Source of the DNA: Octopus vulgaris
Lineage: Eukaryota
NCBI GenBank assembly: GCA_951406725.2
Contig: OX597815.1
Coordinates: 66,154,001 to 66,218,000 of the forward strand
Reading direction: 5' to 3'
Length of the DNA: 64,000 nucleotides
Position 1 is the first letter of the stretch. Every line of letters begins with the position of its first letter. Positions 1 through 15,400 of this stretch are shown in pieces. The notes beneath the pieces were generated by a model, which was not told where the DNA came from, ran no database searches, and saw only the letters and a list, made by a program, of their open reading frames with translations. The position numbers and the translations under genes were made by a program.

Positions 1-2977
1 AAAGTGATATAAAAACATAAAAGAGATAACAAGACAATATACAAAAATCAAACATTATGTATGTCTAGTTTTTAGGAGAGGTGGGCATAGAAATAATGCT
101 AAATTTCTCTGCTCAAAGAAAAAAAAAGAAAAAAAACCAGTTAAGTAAAGTAGGTAACGATTTCTGCACTGAATAAAATCTGAAATGAAGATAATAATCC
201 TTTGAATAGAGAAGAAAAAGAAAAATGAACAAACTTCTGTTCTGGAAACAGAAGTGATAAAGATTTTAGATGCTTCTTAGGATCAGATCAATAAATGCTA
301 CCAATGGTAAAAGGAAAGGTGATTAGAAAAACAAGCACAAGTATATGCATTAATAAATCCATACAGATAAACACACACAGGTATAAAGGTCTGTTTGGTC
401 ATTATTTCATTATTTATGTACCTTTTATCTTTTACTAGTTTAAGTAATCTGGCCTGCAGCCACACTGGGGCACTGCCTTGAAGGGTTTAGTTGAACAAAT
501 TAAAATCCGTACTTATTTCTTTTAAAAGTCTGGTACTTATTCTTTCAGTCTCTTGTGTTGAACAGCTAATTTAAAGGGATGTAAACAAACCAACACCAGT
601 TGTCAAGTGATGAGGACACACACACACAGACATACACCTGACAGGCTTCAACACAGCTTTTATATACCAAATTCACTCACAAGGTATTGGGTGACTCAGG
701 GCCATAATAGAAGAGACATGGCCAAGTGCAGTTGAACTCAAGGCATTATTTTACAGCTGGAAGCCCTTCAAATCACCAGCCTTTGGCTGCTTTTCAAGTA
801 AAAGACCTCCACACATCTTCTAAGGCACAAAGCTGGAGAGGTGACAACAGTACTGCATGTAGCAAGTGGCTATTATAGGGCACAAATTGTGAAATTTGGT
901 ATTATCCAGACCAAGTATTAACCATATCAATTTCACCTACCTCAGAGGGCCTGCAAAACTACAGTCCCTTCTTCTAAATCAAACATAACCTTATTGGGAG
1001 AGCCTGCAAAAACTATGCACACAGCTTCAGAGAAAACATTAATCACATCAGTCTCATCCATCTCAAAGAATATGGAGAAGGCCAAGGCCACAGCCAATTC
1101 CCCCAGACTAACCCATGGTGTCTATGGCTGGATGCCCTTCCTAAGGCCTACCACTTTACAGAGTGTGCTAGGTAATTTTTATGAGCCACTGGCATGGATA
1201 CACTCACATAGCACCGACACATATGCACTTTACATGGCACCAGCACGAGTGCATTTTATGTGGCACCAGCACCTCCAAAGGACATGCCTATATGTATGGA
1301 TGGCCACAATTTTACTTAGCTTGACATGTCTTCTCAAGTACAGCAAATCACCAAAAGTCCCGGTCTCTTGTCATCTCCTCAGTGAGGCCCAGCATCTGAA
1401 AATCCTTTCTCACCACTTCATCCCAAGCCTAATTATTTGTTTTACAAAATATTGCCATAGTTCAGTTAAATTGGAAAAAAAAAATCATAGCTGTTTCAGT
1501 GTTGAGTAAGCAACTACCTCTTATTAAAAATAAACAAAAAAAAAATCTGCTACAGAAAATTCAGATGTAGATGTGAAAAATTTGTAATAACTACCCACTT
1601 ACTGTTATAAAAGACAAAAGAAAATAAGACAGGTTAAAATAAAATAAAATAAAATAAACAATAAGGAACTTACAAAGAAAATGCCAAGTGAAACTCAACA
1701 CATCAAATATCTTCCCTATAGTTTTGATTTTTAGAAATAATATTTTTTTTACCATTAGTGTATGTTGGAAAATAAATACAGATTCTTTTAACAATTCTAA
1801 AGAAATAGGTTAGAGACAAAAATATATATATATATATAATATTGTTTACTTAAAAGCTCTTTTAACTGAGACACTTTTGGTTGTTGTTTTGTTTCTTTTT
1901 GCTAGTTAAAAAACAGAAAACAATGAAAAAAAAACTATTATCTATCATCGCACATTTTTGATTCAGCTTTTTATATATAAATGTGTGTGTGTGTGTGTGT
2001 GCGCGCACGCGTATTGTGCGTGCATGTATTTATATATTAATGACCAGTCATGTTTTCTTTTCCCACTCCCAATCAACAGCATAAGGAAGAAAAAGATATT
2101 CACAGGAAACTTTGAAAAAGAAATCAATATGTTTTTATCTCTAAGTATACAATCTTCTAAGTTCTGATTACTTGATATTTGATAGGCATACAATTTTCCT
2201 TGTTCATTTGCATAAACGATACTAAAATTCTCCACTTTTATGCTGTGAAGAATTTTAATAACGATCTTCAAAACCACAGACATAACACTATAATAAAATT
2301 TTAAAAGTCTCAGTAAAAATCCATAGTGCACAGAGCTACTACACAGATGTCTGTACAAGCACTACATTGTCAAAATTAACAAAGCAAATGTTCAAATTAC
2401 AGAATGTAATGGATCCACATACCTGTGGCTGTGTGGTTGAGAAGTTTACTTCCCAAACAAGTGGTTTTGGGTTCAGTCCCACTGTATGGTACCATAGCTC
2501 TTTAGCATTCAAACCAGCCATATCCGGCTTAAATATTCAACCAGTTTTAGGCTAAAACTAGCCAGATCTGGTCTCTCACACCTACCCTACAATATCTTTC
2601 TAAAACTAAGCAATCATATCATGAAAATGTCTTAGTTACAAGATAATGCATGATTAATTCAAAACAATGTGAATAAATAGACATCACATTTGAGAAAGTA
2701 ATCATTATCATCATCATCATTTAATGGCCAGTGTCCATACTGGCATGGGTTAGACAATTTGACCAGAGCTGGCAAGCTGGGGAGCTGCACTAGATCCCAG
2801 TCTGATTTGGCATAGTTTCTATGGCTAGATGCCCTTCCTAATGTCAACCACTTTACAAAGTGTGTTAGGTGCTTTTACATGGCACTGCTCAGGCACTTTT
2901 ATGTGGCACCACATGGGTACTACACAGGCACAAATTATATACATATACATACACACACTCTATACATATATATACAC

Positions 2978-3027
<50 letters not shown>

Positions 3028-3119
3028 CAATATATATCACACACAAATATATATATATATACACACACAATGATATACAGTACCACTCTGTCATAATGTA
3101 ATCAGAACACTAAAGAGTT

Positions 3120-5527
3120 TAGGCCTTGGGCTAGTGGGGACGGGTCACGGTTCACCCCTCTCCCCTAGTGATTTATTTTAATGGGTATTTTCATGTAGCA
3201 CTGGGTCTAACAAGTCAGAAAATTGATGTTGCCAGCAGAAAAACTGGGATGGAAGATACCCACCATGAACTTTTTGACCACACCCACTTTTACAGCTGGA
3301 GGCAGAAAATTAAGGGTATGGAAAATTCAAATAGCTCTAACTTCAAATATTTCAAATGACCACTTAAAATGATTGTCTGGCCAAGATCTGCAAGTTCATG
3401 CAAATAACAAGCAAATCTATTCTGTAAAAAGGTCACCAGAGGTCAAAAGGTCACAAACTTTGACTTTTACCAATAATATCTTGCATTGACAGGTTTTATT
3501 TATCACCAAGACCATAAAACGTTTTTTTTTCTTTTGAAAATTAATCAACAAGAAGATTTATATGTGCCTTTTAATACTAAAAGTACAAAAAAAATTGAAA
3601 AGAAGTAGTGTTTTCTCTGTGGAATGCAAGATATTTCTGCACTTTTACATAGTGTTTTCTACTTACTGCTGAATGTGTCAAATAGAAATAAAGCAAAGTA
3701 CTACTAGCAAGTAGTACTTTGGAATCTTTCCTTGAATCATTGCAAATGACCACAGAAGATGATATTTGAGTTGATCTTCAAAATGAAACATCAAATTCTG
3801 CAAATATTTTCATCAAAGAGGTTGTTGAAGTCAAAAGTAAACAAAAGTTGACCCTACCTACACCATAGCAGTTTGTTATACATGGTCGTTAAGAAATCAA
3901 AAATGGACAAAGTCAGATAACAAATTAGCCAGATTCCTTCAGGCTACATTTTGTCTAGTGGGAATGTCTGGTGAAGAAGACAAAGGACTGCAACATCGGG
4001 ATGTTCACACTTGTGAAATTGCAACCAGTGAGAAACTTGTCTCAAGGACCATTGCAGTTATCAAGTATGTGAACAACTCTTTCAACATCCCAGATGATGG
4101 AAAGTTGTACAATCTATCATCTGGTGCTCCGGTTTCAGAGGAAGTTGTGAAGGACATCCTCACTGCTGAGACTGATGGTAGGCTAGCAAAGGAAGACTTC
4201 ATAGAAAACAGACTTATGAAGAAGGATAGCTTCTTTGACCCTATTAAACACCCAAATTTGAAAACCATGGCACACATGCCCAAGTCCATAAGACTCTCAA
4301 CTTCTCAAAACAAAGCTGTTGAGTACAAGCAGCAAGGAAACATAGTGTTTCATTTACTAGTGAAGTCTTAAGCACAGATTGATTGGAAACTTGACCTTGA
4401 CAAACTGTTGACATACCCATTGACGCCTGTTCCATCCAGCATTGGATTGGCAGACGGATTTTTAGCAAAAACAGACAAATGGAAAGGCTTCAAAAATATG
4501 TTGTGGAAGAATGTGATGATGCACAGTTACCTGATCCAAGAAAGAGCGTCATCATAAAGGATGGAAATGCAGTGTTCCATTGCTTGCATGAGATTCCACA
4601 AACATTCAGGGAAATATCTTGTAAGGCGTTGGGATCTGCTCTTCACCTGTCACCTGTCATATTTAGCACTGACATGTACAAAGAAGACTTATTAAAAGAG
4701 ATGGAATGAAACAGACAAGGTGTTGGAGACAAACTCATCCTGAGTGGTGAGAAAACAAAATGTCCGAAATACGGGAAAGTCTTTCTTGCAAATGATGAGA
4801 ACAAGACATAGTTCATTCAGCTTTTGCTCTCAACATGGAGGAGTGAGGTATCTGCTGACATTCTCACTGGACATGATGTGATACTGATATGTGAAGGAAA
4901 AGCTCACCAGTTGACATTGAATGGACAGAACACATTCTAACAAGAAATACACTCTCTCGAATCTCACAGGAAGAAGCTGACACTCGTGTGATCCTGTACT
5001 GCATGTATACCAAAGAACAGGGATGCAAATCCGTTCCTGTGAGGAGTCCCAATGGAGGTATATTTTTCATCTTACTTCACCATGCAAGATTCCTAGAAGG
5101 ACTTCAAATATTGTTTGAAACTGGAAAGGGCATACACAATGCTGTATCGATGTGACTAAGCTGGCTATGTCTTCCACACCTCTTCTCTGTTCTGCATTGC
5201 TGGGTTATCATGCCTTCACTGAGTACGATAGTACCAGTGCCTTCAAAGGGAAGGGGAAAGTGAAAGGACTGAAAGTCATTGAAACAGATGAATCATTCCA
5301 GAAAGCATTCTCCAAGTTAGGAGAGATCTTGGGAAATGAACGAAGAGGTGATGAATGAACTGGAGAGGTTCACATGTGTGCTGTATGGTAACAAAAGGAC
5401 AAAAAAGGTGAATACATAGCAGTTCACAACCTTGTGAGTAAAGTACTGTGGGACTACATGAAAATACCCATTAAAGTAAATCACAAGGGGGAGGGATGCA
5501 CCATGACCCCCACTAGCCCATGGCCTA
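3120..5527 (+). mobile_element. Academ (AcademX-type) DNA transposon, internally deleted and degenerate
   Basis: About 80-bp TIRs starting TAGGCC and ending GGCCTA, with a 3-bp TSD GTT (3117-3119 and 5528-5530). Disrupted coding sequence at about 3958-5440 has XPG/FEN1-like motifs SQEEADTRVILY and LLGYHAFTEYDSTSAFKGKGK. Confidence 0.85.
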
Positions 5528-8500
5528 GTTACACAATAACTACCAAACCATATAAAGCTTAAGATAAAAATGCTCTTCAGTACTCTATAAACAATATTAT
5601 ACTGTGAAACTAAACTCACAAAGAATTTCAAAAACATGTTTTATAATGACAAAATGTAGTCATATTGTTTGAACTTAAGCACAATACCAGCAATTTTTAA
5701 GGGGAAGTTGGTTATATCTAGCTTATATTTGACTAATGCTGTATTTTATGACTATGGAGGGATGTAAAGCAAACTTGACTGCAATAAGATTTGAACTCAG
5801 AACATACAGAAGCAGAACAATATTGTAAGGCATTCAACCAATTCATCACCCTACAAAAATAACCTGTGCATGTTTTGTTCCGGAGAGAACTACCACACTA
5901 ACATGCAAAACAATTAGAAAACATAATTTCAAGAGTATAATCAGATTTGGAAGAGTTCATTATCTTAATTAACAGTCACAAACACCTAAAACTGGCATAG
6001 ACCAAAGTAAACCAACACGGATTTGTTGGACCTGCTAGAAACAGTAGACAAATTTCACTCAAATCATTTTCTACCAATTAAAAAAAGAAGAACACAAAGG
6101 ATAATGTACTCTTAAACACACTGTCTAAAACAAATGTGATAGTCATAGCTGGAATGTATTTCATCATAAGTCTTACAGAGTCAAAGATGACCTAACAACA
6201 GCAACAAAAGTTACCCATGGCATCTTTTATCACAAGCTGAAAAAAGTTGGCCTAACAAGAACACTGAACATGTGGTTCTCTGATTATTTTAAAGTTAAAT
6301 AATGGTAACCAATAGGTGGCTTGTTGAAAAAGAATGCAGTAATGAGTGCCGCAAAGCACCTTTCTGGAGCCCCTCTTGTTTTCTCCAATATGAGTTAGGG
6401 TTAGATTTAATTGTCTGCAGTTTATATAAGGGTGGGTTGACCTTGGATGCATGTTTGGAGTGATGAGTGTCTTTGAAAACTAAATTTAAAGATGAAGGGA
6501 TTTTATTAAGGATAGTCTGCTAGCTCTGTGCTTTTGAATTCCTCTAAATCAAAAACTATGTAAGGGTCGGTGAGAGGAAGTGCACTTCGAAATAAGACAT
6601 TAAATGAATTAACTATTCTTTCTCTGATATCTCAAAAAGATTACTTTAGTTCCAGATTAGCTGGCCCTTGCACAGTTGCAGAATATATAATCTCTGGTTG
6701 CTCATAGTGAAATTATTCCCCTTCTACACACCATCATCATTTTTTACCAGCATCCAGTTAAAATTCCATCACATAGTTATGCATGACACATGAAATGAAT
6801 TGTGACCTGACCCACCACACCAGTTACCTTGCAACATGAAAAGCTTCCTCCCATCTCCACCGGCATCTGACATCATTAACAGCACTCAGGTTTAAAATCC
6901 TACTGGCTACCAACTTCTTGACAACACAAGACTGTCCTTTCCATCATGTGGTAACAAGTATAATAATCTGATATCTGTATTTTATCAATCTATTCCTCTG
7001 ACTTGAACTGACTAATGCAGCCAATCACTACCTAACTAATATTCTCATGAATATGACATATTTAAGCCCTCTCTACTTTGAGTTGTAGATGATTTTGAGA
7101 TACAGAATGGAAAGTAAAAAGAGAGGACAAGGAGGAATATGGCAAGGAAAAGGGGAGATGGAAGGGGTTAGTGACACAGATTACTGAGAAAAAAGAAGTG
7201 ATAGAGTTAAAAGGTGACAGGGTGGGCTGTTTGCATAGATACATACATCTTATAAAAGATGAAAATTGAGGATGACATGGGGAAGATTGTCATCAGGAGA
7301 TCATGCAAAAGAAGACCCAACAAACCAATATAAGCATGACAAAAACATAAAATATTGATGATATATGACATATATAATAATACATATATGTATCATAATA
7401 TACATATATATCATTGTGTGCACTTATGTGTGTGTCTCTTACATGGAGAACATTTTAATATTTTAATGGATAACATTTTAATATAAACACTATTCATTTG
7501 TAAACATCAATTTGAGTTTAAAAAAAATAAAATTGAAAATGAAAAATATATATCTTTTGATTACTGGATAAATATGCTACCATTTATACACCATCAAATT
7601 CAGTGTTTCCTTCAAATTTTCCTTCATTGATTTCAAATACAATTTCATGAAAATATATTCAATGTATGTAACTATGTATGTGTGTGTGTGTGTATATGTA
7701 TTTTCATTTTGCTATGTTCGCACATGTGGAATTGATTTTTCAAATTGGAAAATTTGCATTGTCTTTGAGCAAGTATTTCTGCTGAATACTTAAAGAGAGA
7801 GAGTGACCTCCTTTATATTGCTAAGAACTCTATGCTGGAATAAGAGTTCCAATTATTTGCCATGTCAGGGAAAAGCAATCTGAGAAATAGAAATGTAGAA
7901 TAATTAAAGGTTTAGCTCTTTTCATAGCACCTGAGTGCTGGTGCAGTTCTCTCTGCTTCCAGCTTTGACCTAACAGTACATCATTGATGTGCTGCTGGAT
8001 CAAAAGATGTGAGATTCAAAGGAGTATCCATGCCTGCACCTACAACAATTAGCAAAAGCATGGTACATGTTTGTTTTTGGATGATGGCTGCCTGCAGTTG
8101 TCTCCAATCAAAAAAGGAGATAACATGGTTTGTTATATCAATTCACAATTGTACAGCTTGGAGCACAAATCTTGCTAATGTTTCAAACTTTACTCCTTTT
8201 TCTTTTTTTTTCAGGATAAATAAAATGTGCATCAGTAAAATAATAGTCAAATTGATTTAAAACATTAGCAGCTTCCAGCAGTTTCTTATATTAGGCATAC
8301 AGGAACATTTCCTTCTAAATTATAGTGATGAAGGTTTTAAGGGTGTGGGTGTATTGTTGACGAGCTTGGTTACCAATCACATGGTCTCATGTTCAGTCCC
8401 ACTGTGTGGAAGCACAGGTAAGTGACATCTATTATAGCCCCAGGCTGACCAAAGCCTTGTGAGTAGATTTGGTAGATAGAGATTTGAAAGAAGCCATGAG

Positions 8501-10797
8501 TGTGTGCGTGCATGCAGGTGTGTGTGTGTGTCGGTGTTTAATTATCTTGGTATCATATGATAGTTGTAAAAGAGTGACATTATCATGTAAGCAGTGTTCT
8601 TGTTTTCAATCTTCCATGAAAACATGTCTGGCCATAGGTAAATATTACTTTACTTGGAAACCGGAGGATTGACAACAAGAATGTTATCTAGCCATAGTAA
8701 ATCAGCCTCAACAAATTCTTGCCAACCCATACAAGCATGGAAAAGTGGACTGGTGGTGGTGGTGGCAGCAGTGGTGGTGGTGGTAGGTTACATAAGCATC
8801 TGAATTTTCCTAAGAGATTTTTATGTTATGAGTTTACCATATCATTTACAATTTAGACCAGCAATAATGGTAGATGGCATTTTCTTAATGAAAAACATTA
8901 ATTCATTTATGTTTTATGATAATGGGATGTTTCCAAATAGATGTCAGGTTCAGAAATGTTTTTATTTGAACAAGTGAACTGATTAACGGAATTATGAATA
9001 AAGACATGACATTACAAATTATGCTCCCAAGAGTCTAAAATATAGTAAACTCTGCCAGCACTTTAGATTTCAACTGTGAGTGATATTTTATAACCTACAA
9101 TGATTTGCTCTTTTTCATTCTTCACCTATACAGCTCAATAGTTCGAGGAAACCAAAAGAAATAAATGGCTCTTCCCTTACAAACTGAAAACTGTTTTTCC
9201 TTCTTTTTCTTTTTTATTATTCTCTATACCTACAATAATTTGATCTTTATCATGGTCAAATGGTACAAAATATCAAATTAAAGTTATTTTCTTTTAATTA
9301 AATCTCAATATTATCTCAGTTTGAAATACTTTACTTTTACTATATATAGACACTGGAAATGGCTGTGTGGATACTATGTGGCATACACTTCATAACCATG
9401 TGACTTTAGATTCTATCTTGCAGCATGGCACTTTGGGTAAGTATCTTTTACTACAGTCTCAGGCCAACCAATGACTTAGACTAAACTACAGAATTAGTAC
9501 ACATAAACTGCATGGAAACCCATTGTGAGTGTGGGTGTGGGTGTGTGGGTGCATGTGCGTGTGTGACTGTTTACATTCTGTGCATTTTCACTTGACACAA
9601 TTTGAGAAAAATAAAAATGATCTTGTCATACATCCAGGTCTCCTATAAACAATACATCCCAAAGCTATGTGTTTTGTAAATATAGGATAAGTGGAATGAA
9701 AAAAACAAACCCTTACTTGAAAAAGAGGTATGGGTTGGCAATAAGATGGACATCCAGCCATGAAATATTGCCTCGATAAGTTTCCATCCAAACCCATGAC
9801 TGCATGAAACAACAGAAGCAAACATGCACCAACCAGTTACTCAAAGCTGGCCGGCTCTTTTATGTGACTGAACATTTACAGTACAGCATATCATCATCAT
9901 CATCACTTAAAGTTCCATGCTGGCATGGGTTGAACAATCCAGCAGGGCCGGCAGGTGAAAGGACTGCATAATGCTCCAATGTCTGCTTTGGCATGATTTC
10001 TGTGGGTGGATGCCCTTCCTAATACCATGCATTTTACATCCTGTATTGGATAGCAATGCAGCTTGCAAGACTATGAACTCTGAGATAGGTAGCTTTATGC
10101 TAGAAGATGAGGGTTAATGTATGAGGGAAGGGACCAGAAGATTTCTTATTGTAGAGGAGTTACATGACTACTCATATTTTAGAAGAAGGGATGAGTGATC
10201 TGGGTGGAGCTGGAAAGAGATAAACATAGTGGTGATGAAGTGTCTGAGTGAACTCTCAAGCCATGAGGTAAGTAGAAGTGAGTGGAAGACAGAAGAACAG
10301 AGAATGTGGGTGGGCAGAGATTGCAATAGTGTATGGGAGAGAGATGTGGAATGAGTGAGGAGGTGAAAAGAACAAAGAGCAAGTGCTGAAGGATAGATGG
10401 GAAAGGTAGAGTAGAAGGAAGAGTAGGTGACAACTGTAGGAATTGAGTAATGTTGAGGGGTGCCATGGTGACTGGTGGATAAGGAATGGGAAGGCGACCT
10501 ATCATACATTTGTGTGGGGAGAGGCAAGGGAGAGTAGGAGATGACTGGCAACTAACATAACCATTAACTTCTACCAATCTTTGCATCATTTGAATATGTA
10601 CACATTTAACTGAAGGAAGAACATGGCTTCTGAATTGACCATAGTGTATTACTGGTATTTATTTTATTACCAGAGATGAATTTAAACTCAGAAAATAAGA
10701 TAAGGAAACTATATACTGTAACTCATATAAGTCAACTGCGCTATGGCTCAAAAGAAAAATGGAAGTCAGACTACTAGTATCATTTATGATAAATTAA

Positions 10798-11464
10798 CCC
10801 ATTCGATACCAGCCCACCTGAGAGCACCCCTGTTTCTCTAATACCGATGTCCTGTTTTAAAGTGATGTAAATTAATACTTCTCACCAAAATTTTATGCTA
10901 ATTTGTGTCAAACACAAACAAGGTTAATAATTTTTTCTAATTTTGGACCAATTTTGAGGGGAAGGTCATATTAATTACATTGACCTCAGTGCTCAGTGAG
11001 TACTTAATTTTTCAACCCTGAAAAGACTTTAACAGCATTTAAACTCAGAACATAAAACCAGAAGAGATGCTGCTACGCATTTTATTCAGTGTGCTAATGA
11101 GTCTGCTAGCTCACCACCAAAACACCAGGTTAATAATCCTTCCTATTACAGGCACAACACCTGAAATTTTGCAGGATGGCACTAATTGATTACATTGACC
11201 CCAGTGTTACACTAGCACCTATTTCACTTATCCCAAAATAATGAAAGGCAAAGTCAACCATGACCAAATTTGAACTCAGAACGTAACAAGCCAGAAGAAA
11301 TGACACTAAACATTTTATCTGATGTGCTAACAATTCCATCAGCTCACCACATTTAATAATGACAAAGGTTAATAATAACAAAGTTATTTTACTAAATTCT
11401 TCATTATTTTCAAAATTAACTACAACAAAGCAGTACATTTCAACAGAAATATTGTAACAAAAGG
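10798..11464. mobile_element. TTAA-flanked MITE carrying nested SINEs
   Basis: TTAA-CCCATTCGATAC...GTAACAAAAGGG-TTAA with two Nin-type SINE copies inside. Related copies lie near 30472-30670, 37995-38223 and 43720-44160. Confidence 0.6.
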
Positions 11465-12413
11465 GTTAAACAATTTCAAACCCAATATTTACAAAAACAT
11501 TGAAGATAAACATGAGACAATTACAATTATGTTAATTCATCATGAATTAGAAATATAAAACAAGTTAATGATAACACGGAACAGTATCTATAATTAGCAA
11601 TTCTTCTTCCTATTTGAGTAAAAAGAACAGTCTATTGTTTAGTTGAACATAAACAAAACACAACTGAACTTCCCACATGTTTGTGTTGTGCGTGTGTGTG
11701 TGTGCGTGTGTGTGTGTGTGTGTGTGCGTGTTTCTTTATGCACATACACAGATATTTTATTGTTTGTTTTTATGTCAAGTTATATATAAAAAATAGTTTA
11801 ACATTAAACTGAAGGATCACCCAATGCTTTTTAGTAGCGTACAAGTTTATTAAACTTTCACAGGGAAGTGAAACTTCAGCTTGCTTGCCTTCATCAGGCT
11901 ATGTACACACACACACACACATGCATGCATAAAGAGTAATTTCCTACAAACCATTAAAGGTCACATGTTTACATTTAAACAAAGCACTTACACAGATAAA
12001 GAGTAAATAAAAGAGGATGATAATAATAGTAATACCGATGATGATGATGATTTCAAATTCTGGCACAAGGTCAGCAATTTTGGGGAGGGGTTAAGTCAAT
12101 TACATTGATCCCAATGCTCAACAGGTACTTATTTTATCAACCCCAAAAGGATGAAAGGCAAACTCAACCTAATAATAATAATTCTTTCTACTAAAGGTAC
12201 GAGGCCTGAAATTTTTGGAAATGGAGAAAGTCAATCACATTGACCCTAGTACTTGACTGGTACTTAATTTACTGACCCCGAAAGGATGAAAAGCAAAGTC
12301 AACCTCGGTGGAATTTGAACTCAGAATGTAAAGATGGATGAAATGCTGCTAAGCATTTTGCTAACATGCTAACAATTCTGCCAGCTCGACGCCTTAATAA
12401 CAATAATAATAAT

Positions 12414-15400
12414 GATTTTTTTTGTATTTGCCACCAGGGCAAAGGATAAGGACAATACAAAGATAGACAAAGTGGGTGGGGGGTACATATAATGGAATGA
12501 TCAAATAAAAAGTATACACAGTATACATTAGATGAAGGGAAGTATACATGGTGTATGACACTAGAAAAAGAGGGAAAAGAAAAATAGTGATAGTGATGGG
12601 GTCCCCCTGATGCAGGAGGACCTCTAGGGATAATCAAGGAATTCCACCATCCAAGAACACCCTGAATACCAAGAATGAGAGCCCTCCCCAACTTTTTTCT
12701 TTCAACCCACAGGTCTACACTGAGAGTGGAATCATCCACTCTTGCCATTTTCACAACTTCACCCAACTTTTTATAAATTCACTTGAGAACAGCAACTCCC
12801 TCTCAACCCGCACTTACCTTTTCAGGTGAAACTTGAAAAAGTCGATGAGGACTTTACCAAAGAGGAATGTTTCTGTCCTCATTCCTTTCAGCCTTGTCCA
12901 CCAGATAACCTCTTTTGCCACAGCCACCAGACAAAGGAAAACTGCCTTGCCAGCCTGATTAAAGAAGGGCAGTATGGCAATCATCATTATGGACTTGGCT
13001 GACACATGGATCTGTCCTACATGTGATAGTAGCTGTTCAACATAACCCTACAAGTCAACAATGCCCAGACACTTAACAAGCGTATGCAGAAAGGTTTCAT
13101 TGCTCTGCAAGCAATTTAGACAAGCCTGTCTGACAGTACATCTGTGCCTATAGAGTTTATCTCGAACCGGTAGTGCCCCCTGGTAGCACTGGCAGGCCAA
13201 AGACATCTGGAAATTATCCATAATAGTCCCAGACCAGAAAGTCTTCCGGAATAGACTTGCCAGTTCATCTGTGTCAATGCCTAGAGTCTCTCCAAGGATG
13301 TCATCACACTTCCCCACTACTAATCTTCTATAAATATCTAAAGTGGAACATTCACTGATCCTATTTGTTCAACTTGTAGAGGCCAGGAATGCCTGATGAC
13401 ATTCTAAGTGCCAGGTGCCCAATCTTGGCCTATCCTTTACTCAGGACTGCAGCTCCAACAAGGAGACAAGCTGCAGAAAGGCATGTCTCACAAACAAAGC
13501 CCACACACGTTCACCTTCTAGAAATTGCTGCAGGTGGCGCGACATGAGTGCATGTCTGTGTATTAAAAGGCATGGTATGCCTTAGCCGCCACACAAAGGA
13601 AGTTGGCAGCAGACTAACCACCTGACCCTTGGAACGTGTCCCTTCCACAAGAAAACAAACAGGATATACTCCAATCTAATCAAGCAGTAACTGGGGCAAG
13701 ACACGATGGTCAGACAATAAATAATGACAGAAGCAATGTAGGCATTTTCCACCTCTGCCTGACCTTTCACGGACAACTTCTTCTCTGCCCATTTCTAGGT
13801 AAGAGAGGTCACCCTGTTCATCACCACTTCCCAATTCTTATCCACCTGGCGGTCAGGACCAACCCCGAGCAGTTTAACTGGTCTGTCAGTCCAGCAACCA
13901 ATGATGCCATCTGACAGCACTGATCTGCCTCTCCAGGTGCCCAGTCGCAATCCCACTGACTTGTCGGCATTTATGTTAGCCCCTACAACCAACTCATATT
14001 CCTTTAGAATGGAGCTGACCTACTCCACTTCTGAGGCGTCCGACACCATGACAGTGACGTCCATGTATGCAGACACTGTCCTTCCGATTTCGAAAGGGAG
14101 GCCTCTTAATTGCTCCAATTTCCACAGCAGTAGCTCAAGAGCCAGCACAGACAGAAGAAGTAACAGCGGACAGCTCTGATGGACCGAACATGCGATACTA
14201 AATGGTTCCGATAAGTGGTCATTTACTTAGACTACTGAGCAAGTGCCGCTGTGCATTGCAGCAATCCAGCCTCTGAAAACAGGTCCGAAACCAGCTGCTT
14301 TAATGACGGCTTCCAAGTAGCGATGGTCTGCACTATCAAAAGCTTTTGACTGTTCTAAATAAATTGATCAGGGCCCCACCAAAGCAATGTATTGCATAAG
14401 GTGGAGGTTGTTGAGAATAGACCTGCTCAGGATTGCGCATGTTTGTGCCCCCACACACACACACACACACAAGACTACCAATGACAAGCACCAACCTTTA
14501 CACTAACACCTTGGCCAAAATCTTAAACTATGTTTAGCAGAGTTATGGGCCAAAAATTCACTAGCAGATCCCCATTATCAGAGTCTTTTGTCAGTAGTAA
14601 TACCACACCTTGGCTAACAGTACTAGGAATTCTCCCGTTCTGCTGCCAATTACTGTAGATATCTGCCAAGAGGCTGCCAAACAAATCTGGCATGATAACA
14701 TATTTGAGCATAGGAGTCTTGAGCACTTGCTTATGATTTTGCAATTGTGGTTGTTTGTAATGTTGGCAGCAGTGGGACTTTATTTTTCCTTGTTTCAGGG
14801 CAGAAAGCCTTTAAGTAATTTACACATCCACATATGTAGCATCTTAGCTTTCTACCTTTCATGAACACTGACAGGTGAGTACCATCTGGGAGATTGATTA
14901 GATCAGGCAGCTGGTCTATATGGCCTTGCATGCATTGCAAGATCAGTTCCATACCTATACCTAACCAGTTTTGCTCAGGTAGTTTCTTGACCTCCAATAT
15001 TATGACTTCGTCTTCGTCTAAACCTGCTAAGATGGCCACCACTAACCAGGTAATGGATATTTCTGGTGGTACATCAGCACCCTAATCTTAGCAAGGTGTT
15101 GGCTGCAATAGCTGGGAATTAAGGAAAAGTTGTCATTCCTCAAAGTGGTTGCAGAATTAAATCTAGCTTCTTCTTCCGTCCCAAAACTCACCTCAATAGT
15201 TCCAAACTTCTTCCCTCAGGTGATGTGGGTCCTTTGTTTCTACACATGCCCAAGATATTTTTGTACTTCGCATTTTACATCTGCTGAGACTTGACTCCGA
15301 TACAACGGTATGTTACCATGCAGCTTATGACATTTTCTATCACGTCGGATGGAGGGTTTAGCGCTATCCTTCTCCCATCTCCCTTTACAATTTTAATTCT

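Noticed and set aside
994-1509. 171-aa ORF
   Set aside because: Runs through decayed retroposon sequence (GGCTGGATGCCCTTCCTAA family) and has no recognisable domain.
1591-1680. Minus-strand pyrimidine tract ending ...AACAGTAAGT, resembling a recursive splice site
   Set aside because: Acceptor and donor share a single G rather than forming AG|GT, and no plausible exon follows.
10150-10560. Purine-rich tracts with S/P/L/H-rich ORFs (also 42590-43220, 49770-50400)
   Set aside because: Low-complexity decayed repeat bodies attached to retroposon tails. ORFs reflect compositional bias.
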